64,000 bases of DNA from Piromyces finnis finn. Its lineage: Eukaryota > Fungi > Neocallimastigomycota. Below, piece after piece: positions 54,396-64,000 of the stretch. The stretch is from the NCBI GenBank assembly GCA_002104945.1, contig MCFH01000031.1:372001-436000 (forward strand), written 5' to 3'. The notes beneath the pieces are model-generated. The model had not been told where the DNA came from and did no database searches. It saw only the letters and a program-made list of their open reading frames with translations. Numbering within the stretch: position 1 is the first letter of the stretch; each line of letters opens with the position of its first letter. Both the position numbers and the translations under genes were made by a program.

Positions 54396-55070
54396 TTTGT
54401 CTAATAATATATATATATTTTTTATTTTATTTAATTTATAAAATTTAAATAAATATTTTCATTAAAGTTTTTTTTTTTTTTTAATTGTAATTAATGTTGA
54501 ATTATCATAAAATATATAATAAGTAAAATAAAAGAAAAATTAAAAAAAATAAAGTGATACACTTTTTCTTTATTAAATAATATTAATTAAAATCAATTGA
54601 TAAGGAATAATTTATATAATTTATATAATACTTTTTTAGAATTAAGTAATTAATAAAAAAGTTGTGCAACAATATATTTATTAATTCTATGGTGGATTCA
54701 CATAAATATTAATTTATTTTTTAATTAATTTTATTTTAAAAAAATAAACGAAAAAAAAACGTTTATTTATAAGCATAATATGCATAATATCAAAATATTA
54801 TTAATTATAAAAATAAAACTACCCATTTAAATAATTATTACAATCAAAAATTTCATCACAACTATTATTTACTATTCATAATACTAAAATAAAAAGTTTC
54901 TTTTTTAATATTATTTATATATTATATTGGTAAACCTAACAAAAAATATTTTAAGCCAAATTATTATAAAAGGTAATAATAAAAAGAATAATAACAAGTC
55001 TGGTAAGGAAACTTTTTTGTCTGGTTAAAAAATTGTTTGGAAATACAATAATAATAATAATAAAAATAAA

Positions 55071-55705
55071 ATGACTCAAGAATTATTCGAAGAAACACCA
55101 TTAAACAATAATATATGTGTTATTGATGATAAATATATATCTGAAAAAAAAAAAATTACTTTTCATTATAAATCAAAAAGAAAAATCTTTGCAAATTTTC
55201 AAAATGAAAATGCAAATAAAAAAGTATTATATAAGCATAAAATAAGTAGTTTTACAAGAAAAAGTACTCTATATGATCCAATAACTAAAAAAGTATTATA
55301 AGTGAATAACATTTAACTACTAAACCAAACGAAATAATTATTACTTCTATGAAAGATGATAAAGAAATACAAACAATAACATGTAATTCTAATGTCAAAT
55401 TTTCATTTAAATGTTATAAATGTGAAATTGAATTTTTCAATATGGCAACAGAAAAAAAAATAATTAAAATGAGATGTTCAACATCATTTAAAGATTATTC
55501 TATTTATTATGGAAGAAAAAAAGAAAATGGTGTCTTAATATGTCAATTTTCTTCTTCAAAATCCTGTTTTAGTTACGATTTTAAAATAGATATTGTACCA
55601 GGTGTTGATATCCTTTTTATACTTTTCATTATATTGAAACTCTTAAATGTATTAAAGAAGAAAAAGATGTTATCATTACTACTTCTTAAAAATAAATACA
55701 TTTAA
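55071..55705 (+). pseudogene. LURP-one/Tubby C-terminal-like (Tub_2) gene split by lesions near 55297-55312; pseudogene or sequence error
   Basis: Two ORFs in different frames read as one beta-rich domain ending FKIDIVPGVDILFILFIILKLL, a LURP-one-like C-terminal motif. The 47-nt gap carries a stop and a frameshift, and I found no in-phase GT-AG pair. Confidence 0.5.
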
Positions 55706-56399
55706 TAAAAATAATAAAAAATGTTTATTAAATATAATTACATAAGTTGTATTTATTTATAATTGATAATAAATAAATTTAAAGTATTAACGACAACAAA
55801 GAAAAAGAAAAAAGAAAAAAAGAAACTTTTTCATTGAATGATTGTTGGATTAAAGCTATATGCTATATATTATAAATTAAAAATAAAAAATAAAAAAAAA
55901 AAGGTCTGCCTATATAGTTTTATGCAGTATCATTAAAACTTTCTTTTTTTTTTTTAATAGTTACAATGATATTTAAAAATTTTTTTTTTTTTTTTTTTAA
56001 ATATCAATAATTAAATAACTATTAAAAAAATAACTATTAATTTACCAATATTTAAATTTAGTATATTATTCTTTATTTAAACTATTTCTTTACTTTGTTG
56101 TTTGAATTATATTTAATATTTAAATATATTGTTACTTTAATTATATACAATTAATACAAAATCTATGAATATAAAAAATAATTAAAAAACGAGAAATAAA
56201 TTAATTTGTAAGATTTTCATTAAAAAAAAAATAAAAAATTATTGGTTATCGATATTTTAATAGTATTTCTTTTAATAAAAAAAAGTTAATTTCAATATAC
56301 AGGCAATAATATAACAAAATGATAATTTTGAATGAGGAAGGGTATGTTATTTAAAAAAAATTTGGATATTAGTTTAAATTAATATAACTAGACTATATA

Positions 56400-57401
56400 T
56401 TATTTATCTTTATCTTTATGTTTATTTTTTTCTTTTGTCTTGTTTTCTTTCTCTTTTAAATTAATTTCTTTTACTTTAACTTCTTTTTTTATTTCTTTCT
56501 CCTTCTCCTTTTCTTTTTCCTTCTCTTTTTCCTTTTCCTTTTTAAGTTTCATTTCTTCCATACAATCTGGACAATACCACACACCTTTTGGTGGTTCATT
56601 TAAACCAACACATTCATAATGAAACCATTCATTTTTACAATTCTATTTTTAATTTATATAAATAAATATTTATATTATACAAATTGATAAATAGGAAATA
56701 GCATTATTATAATCACTTTTTTTTTTCCATCTTTATTATTAGTAATAGTAGTAATTAATAATAAACATTTTATTACCTCTCCATCTTAAATTTTAGATTT
56801 TTATTTATGATTATACCATATTAATATATATAGATTGATAAATTGATAGATAGATGTTTTATAAAATTAAAAAAAAAAATATTTATATGATTATATCATA
56901 AACTAAATATAATATTTACCACAAGCAATCATTTCACCATACGATACTTGTTGACAAAAACAATACAGTTGTTCATCATTTTCGTGATTTGTTACAGCTC
57001 CAACATTTATGTTGTTAATATTATTACTATTATTTATAGCATTATTATTAATATTTGTACCTGGTGTATTTCTTTTTTTTTTTTTTTAATTTGAAATGAA
57101 AATTTTATAAAATAAGTCATATTAAATTTTTATAAAAATGTGTTTCCTATATATAATTTTATAAAATACAATAATTTAAATAATTACTTTCTAGAAAGCG
57201 TTTTATTTCTTTTTATAGTTCTTGAATTTGGTGCAGCTTTTCTCTCTATATTATTAAATTATTAGAATGATATAAAAATATAATTACTATATGTTATATT
57301 AATAAAATTATAATAAATTATTTTAATTAGATATACTTTTAATTAGTGGCGAATTTAAGACTTGTTGTTGCTGTTGTTGCTGCTGCTGTTGTTGTTCCAC
57401 T

Positions 57402-57438
<37 letters not shown>

Positions 57439-58250
57439 ATTTACATAATCATTTATTTAATTTTTGAATATTTATTATAAATTATTTAGATTTAATTAAA
57501 AGTACCTTTTTGTACTGACTCTTTTTTCTTTTGGTCTGTCTTTGTAATTTTTGATAAGTCATTTTCTAACCTTTTAATATGTAAATCAATCTTTTAAAAA
57601 TTTTTTTTTTTTTTTTTTGTTATTTTAATATAAAAAAAAGTGTTAAAATTTATTTAAAATATTTTTTACCACATCTTTTAATCGCTCTGCTAAAAAAATT
57701 TTATCATCGGCGATGGATTTGGCTTTATTGAAAGATTCCTGAACTTTTTCATTTGCTTTTTTTTCCATTTCTGTCATACCTTTAATACGTTTCTTAATTT
57801 TATATATTTTTTTATGTGCATTTTCATCTTGATTTAATTGTTTTTTAACATCTAAAATATTTAAATAATTATTTATAATAATAATAAATAAATAATAAAA
57901 TTTTATAAATAATATATTATTAGAAATGTTAAATTGCTACAAAAATCTTGAAGATATATATATTTAGTATATAATATTATATAATAGCATAATAAATAAT
58001 TACCAATTAACTCTATGTCTTTTTCCTTAATTTCTGTTAATTTTTGCTGTAATTCCGAAGGCAAATTATCTATACCTATTCATAATTCACATTCCAATAA
58101 TATATTTTAGAAATTGTAAATTTTATATCATTAATTCAATTTATCATTATTGAATTGTTAATTTATTTGAATATATGTATGGTTTACACTATTTTTATTA
58201 ATGAACATACTTGCTAAATAATCTTCCAAATAAGTAGTTAATTCTTGCAT
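56400..58250 (-). CDS. ING-family chromatin protein (Yng2/ING3-5-like) with C-terminal PHD finger; 9 inferred exons
   Basis: [33 protein letters not shown] (ING N-terminal helix), [27 protein letters not shown], poly-Q, and [51 protein letters not shown]. Confidence 0.9.
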
Positions 58251-60807
58251 TATTTAAAATAATTCAAAATTCAAAACTTTAAATAGTATATAAAAAATCC
58301 TTTTATCTTTTATACTTGATATTATTTTTGTTATTATTATTATTTATTCAATTTACTTTTTTTTTTTTTTAATTATTGAACAAAAAAAAAAAAAAGAAAT
58401 GAATGTAAACTATATATAATCAGTGAGAAGTAGCTAATGGTGTAAAATGTGAATAAATTGCAATATTATATTCTTTGAAAAGTCGACAATAAAATATTTA
58501 TTTGTTTATTTTCAGTAATTTGTTCCCTTATTATAAACAAATTAGTATATATATATATTATTAAAAGAAGAAATGAATAAAAATATTTTATATAAAAAAA
58601 AATTTAATCAATTAGTATAATTATTCATTGCTATATATAAAATTAAAATTCAAAAATATATAATAGATATAAATAATAATGATAATAATAATAGTAGTAG
58701 TAATAATAATAATAATTATTATAATAATAATAACCGTATTAATAACAATTCAATTAAATAAAAAAAATAATCAAATAAAAAAACATTTATTTATTATTTA
58801 TATAGTACATTATTTTCATATTTTTATGAATTTTTCTATATAATTAAAAGAGAAAGAAAAGACAATATACAAAACACTATGAAAAATAATAAACTGCTTT
58901 AAATACCTAAAAAAAAAAAGAATAAGTTCAATAGTAATAATTTTTTTACAATTAAATCATAATTCATAAAGTGAAATAAAACTTTTGAAACTATTTTGTT
59001 TTGATAATTAACTAATTTGACATTTTGGACAAATTATAATTTCAAATAAAATTTTGATAATTCGTTTTTATTAAATTTTGAATAAAGAAAAAGTATCTTT
59101 ATAAACAGATAAAAAGAATATTACTGTTATAGCTCTCTTTTTTAAAAGATTTATAAATTATTTTTTGAAGAAGGAAGCAATGAATTAATAAAAGATTTTT
59201 TAATTTAATTAATTGTATATTAAATTTTTAATTATACTTAATATATATAATTTTAATTTTTATTAAATTTTTTTAATTATAATTTTTTTAATAAAAAAAA
59301 AAAAATGAAGAAATATAAATTTATGAAAATATAAATAATATGATATATATATATATGAATTATATATGAATTGAATAATTGAATCAAATAATAAAAATAA
59401 TAATTTTTTATACATACAAAAATTCTAATTGTTTTTTCTTTAGAATCTAAATAGATATAATACTATATCATACAATTACAATTGAAATGTAATTGGATTT
59501 TTTAATTCAACTACAAAATATTTTGATATATTTAGCAATTCATATATATATTGAGCTTATATTATCCTCTATAGTTTATTTAGTAATAATAAAAATAGAA
59601 AAGAAATATATTTTTATTGCTTTTCTTTGTAATGTAAACTATATAAAATTATTAGAATTGGAATAAAAAAGGTATAAATTTTAATAATTTGAAAATGTAC
59701 AATCTTTACATAGTTTTTGGTTGAATAGAGAAACGTTAACATTGGTTATTAAATAAATGCTATATTATTAAAAAAAAAAAAAAATTAAAATTTATAAAAA
59801 TTGAAATTTTAAAATAGATCTTTTTTTTTTTTTTTAGATTTTATTTATTATTACGTTTTTATTATTATAACATTACATTAATAATATTAATGTATATATA
59901 TATGATATCTATAATAAATAATAAAATTTAGATTAATGAATTTATTATATACAAATTATTTAAAATAGTTGTTATTTGTTAGTACTAACATTATTAATAG
60001 TACAATATGAGTGATAATAATAAGATATATAATAAGGTATAATAAATAATGAGATACATAAATATTTTATGTTAGGATAAAATAAATAATTTTATGAAAA
60101 GTAAACTATATCTATATGTTTAAATAATAACTTTATTATTCTTTTAAATATTTTAAAAAAAATGGTTTAAAAGATTAATAAATAATGAATAAAATAAATT
60201 AAAAAATTTTCCTTTAATTTTTTTTTTATAGTCTTTGATTCTCTTGTATTTTAATTTGTTTTTCGTTTGATTTTGGTTTTTAAATTTTGTTATTATTTTT
60301 TCTTTTTCTTTTTTTTTTTTTTTATTTCTTTCAAAAATTTTTATATATGATAATATAAATAATAATTATTATTTATAACTCTACTTTTAAGTTTTTTTTT
60401 TTTTTTTTTTTTTTTTTTGGTATAATTTCAAAGTTAATAAATATGTATTATTTCTATTCGAAGTACTGGATTTACAATAATTTAACATTTAAATATTTTT
60501 TGATTTTCAATGTATGATAAATTGAAATATACAATAAAACGAATGATTTTGTCATATTTTTTTATATTGATATTTTGTTGGTTATTCTATGATTTTTCTA
60601 TTGATAAACTACAATTATTTTAACTATAGATTGTATTTTAATACTCTATTATTTAACTGATAATATTTACAATAAATATTAATCGATTTTTTCCACCTAG
60701 ATGTATTTTTTAAATAATTATATATATATACTTATACATATATTGTATATATATATATTTCTTTTACTTAAAATTATGTTGATAAATATTATTGATAACT
60801 TTTCTTT

Positions 60808-62191
60808 TTAGATCTGAAGACTGTAATGGCTTTTATTTGGTAAATCCTTAAGAATTTGTTGGCATTCCAAAGAAGATTCAGAAGGTTTTCCATAAAGACC
60901 ATTATCTATTACTTGAGAAATAAAATCAGAAATTGTAGAATCTTCAAAATTATATTCAACTTGTTTTTCTTTTACTTTTTCAATAGCTTCATTAATACCA
61001 AGTTTGGCTGAAATGCCAAACCAATATAAAGCTTCATTCTCATCTGGACATTGTACATTTTCAATACCAGTTTCATAATAAGTACCTAAAATGAATTGCA
61101 TACAACCTTGATTACGTCTTTCATCATCTGTTTGCAAATTTTTTGGAAGAGATGCTTGTTTTAACCAGTAAAAGCCAGTCGCTTTATCTTGGCTGACAAC
61201 ATCTGATTGATCACTAAGATACCAATTAGCTAATTTAATTTGAGCTTCTAAACAATCCATTTCAGCTGCTTTCTTGGTCCAATATAATAATTTTTCTGGA
61301 TTATTTCTTTCTATATTAGAAATTTCAAGCATTGCTTCAGTAGATCCATATTCAGCAGACATTTTTAAATAAATGATAGCCTCTTCAAAATCTTGAGGAA
61401 TTGATTCATCATCACTACCAATAGCATAAATCTTATAAAGCTCATAGCAAGCCTTAGCAATCAAGACTTTATCAACATTTTCTGAAAGAGAAGCTGTTGC
61501 TTTTTCTAACCAATGAACTGCTTCCTTAATACTTTTACGACCAAGGGTTCCAAAAAGATAAGACATACCTAAATGAAGCATAGCTGGTTGACAATATCCA
61601 ACCATAGCAGCTTTACGATACAAGGTTTCAGCCAATTGGAAATTTTTAGTTTTACCATATCCAAATTGATAGCATTGAGCTAATTCGAATGTACCTAATG
61701 CATTTTTATTTTGATAAGCAAGTTCAAAATATTTTGCTGCTTTTTTATAATCACATTTTTCTTGATATATTCTTCCTAAATAAAGATAAGCATCAGAATA
61801 ATTTTGCTTTGCTAAATCCTATATAATATGTAAATAGATACGTATATTATATATAATATAATAATTTAATATACGCTTTATGAAAAAAAAGTTTAATTTT
61901 TCTCATAAACTTTTATATATATATAATATATAGCATTCATTAATTCTAAAACTATTACTAATTTTTTTTTTCTTAATTATTAACCTTTAATATTCTGATG
62001 GCTTGTCTCTTATATGCTTTTTTCATTAATGGTGAAAAAGTTATATCCTTCGATTCATTATACATACTTTGAGCAATTTCAAATAACTTGTCAAAATTAT
62101 GAGCTGACTGATATTTTGTAATTGCTTTTACTAAATGTACTAATTTTCCTTCTGGGGTAATATTACCTTTTGTTATTTTATTGCTAATCAT
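60808..62191 (-). CDS. Sel1-like repeat protein (resembles Chs4/Skt5 chitin-synthase-activator architecture); 2 exons (62191-61985, 61818-60808)
   Basis: Repeated SLR units: AYLYLGRIY..DYKKAAKYFELA, GTFELAQCYQFGYG, AMLHLGMSYLFG..EAVHWLEKA, AQIKLANWY, MQFILGTYYETG..EALYWFGISAKLG. Phase-0 GT-AG intron. Confidence 0.8.
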
Positions 62192-64000
62192 TTTGTATTT
62201 AATTTTTTATACTTTACAAATTAATATTAAAAATTTATTATAGTTTTATTAAGTTAAAAAAAGATAATTTGTACTTAAATTATAGAGATATAAAAAAAAA
62301 AAAAAAAAGAATTTACTTATTTAATAAATTAATAATAAATTAAAATAATTTACAGAAAAAAAATATTCTTTTTTTTTTTTATTCTATTCTTAAATATTAA
62401 TTAGAGTCATAAAAACATGTTCATTATAATAATAATTATAACAAAAAAAATTATTTTACATATAACAAAAAAAGAAATTTTAGTAGTAAGAAGAAAGATA
62501 AATTACTCTATTTATATTTTTTAAAAGAAGAAAAAAAAGATTTCAATTTAAATTTATATATATATTATAATATATATTGATATATTATAAAATAAAATGG
62601 GAAATTTTATAAAATTAAATTGATGAACTTTTTTTATTATAAACTTTAATATTTATAATTTGGTGATATAATTAATATTTATATTTATTAATATATCATA
62701 GTTTATGTTGTACTACCTTACACATATTAAAGAATATAATTCATAATTAAATTATCTTCCATAATTGATGTTTTTTTTTTTTAAGGATTTATTTGTTTAT
62801 TTTAACATGTTATTTTTCCATTTAATATAATATATGGAAATTAACATATGCATATATTTAATATATCAATTAATATTGGTGAGTTGTACAAGTAATAAAT
62901 GAATTTCAAAATTGTTTTTTTTTTTAATATAAAAAAGTTTTATAATAAATAAACTTTGAATATATTGATATATAATGTATTATATAGTATCAATTGAATA
63001 ATATATAAAAATAATAATTAAAAATAAAAGTTATTAAAAAAAAAAGGCTTTACTCTATCGTCTTCCATGGCACATAAAAAGAATAATTAAATAAAATAAA
63101 TAAAATATAATATAATACTTAAAGTCATAATTAGTAATGAAAAAAAGACAATAATCAGTAATAGATAGATAGATAGATAGATGAATAGAATTTAATAAAA
63201 GTAAATATAGCAACATAATAAAATAGAAATTGAGAAACAAAAGTAAAGAAGTATAGAAATAGAATAAAACTAAGCATATAAAGTATATATAGAAACAAAA
63301 AAAGAAAATTAAGATAGCAAAGTATATAATAAAGAAAGTATAATATAATACAGAAATGTAAAATGATTTTATACATTGTATAATAATAATACATTAAATG
63401 TCAATGCTTATTATACTATATAATATTAACTTTTTTCGTTTTTACTTTTAGAAATATGAATGATTTATAGACAATAATAATAAAGAGATGAATAATAATC
63501 ACTGTAAAATGATAAAAAGTCTCATTATAATGTTATAATAATGATGGATGTTTTTTGTTGCTATAATTTAATTAGGTTTTTTTTTTAACATAAACCATTT
63601 CATATCCCATCATGAATTATATATCCTTTAATAAAAATAATAAGTTTAGCATTCATTACAATATTATGCAATTTGTTTTTTTAAAAAAAAGCTACTCTTT
63701 TAAATTAAGAAAAATAATAGTAAAAAAGTTGAGAATAAAAAAAAAAAACCAATAAAAAACGTTGAAATATTTTTTTTTTTTTGAAAATTATTATATGTCT
63801 CCCTTTCAATAAATGTTAATACTAAACTTTAACCAATAATATTTAATTTTAAGAATGACAACTTTAAAATATATTAAATTACAATAGGAAATGGAATAAA
63901 AACTTTAATATTATTATTAGTTGAATATAGCTATAAAAATTAATTAATCATAAATAAATGTATTGTTATAATAGATTTATACTTTTTATTACTATATTTA

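Noticed and set aside
1-64000. CRISPR array, rRNA, intact transposon, or horizontally acquired bacterial island
   Set aside because: No spaced repeat arrays, transposase or RT ORFs, or long GC-shifted blocks. The intronless genes (DnaJ, BTG, CPDase) carry eukaryotic-type motifs and host-like codon bias.

Overview
This is extremely AT-rich, intron-rich eukaryotic genomic DNA. It is most likely from an anaerobic gut fungus (Neocallimastigomycota), inferred from base composition, short GT-AG introns and a beta-helix/EGF/class-C-like GPCR typical of that lineage. By reading splice sites by hand I can support about 14 protein-coding loci: a Djp1/Caj1-type DnaJ, a BTG/Tob protein, ZNF277, methionine synthase reductase, an annexin, a membrane-anchored 2H cyclic phosphodiesterase, an aldo-keto reductase, the large GPCR, RNF181, a CreA/Mig1-type C2H2 factor, an unknown helical-repeat protein, a tandem FCP1/NIF-domain protein, an ING PHD protein and a Sel1-repeat protein. 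There is also a broken LURP-one/Tubby_C2 gene and one tRNA-Leu(UAG). I found no CRISPR array, rRNA or intact transposon. The most notable observations are: (i) about a third of inferred introns end in AAG, often with no pyrimidine tract; (ii) 8-nt and 16-nt microexons lie inside zinc-binding domains; (iii) one gene carries an internally duplicated NIF domain whose first copy is a pseudo-phosphatase; (iv) the CPDase has a type-II membrane anchor; (v) the CreA-like factor has Cys/His-rich clusters; (vi) two small G+C-richer structured intergenic islands are unexplained. All family assignments come from motif recognition, not database searches.
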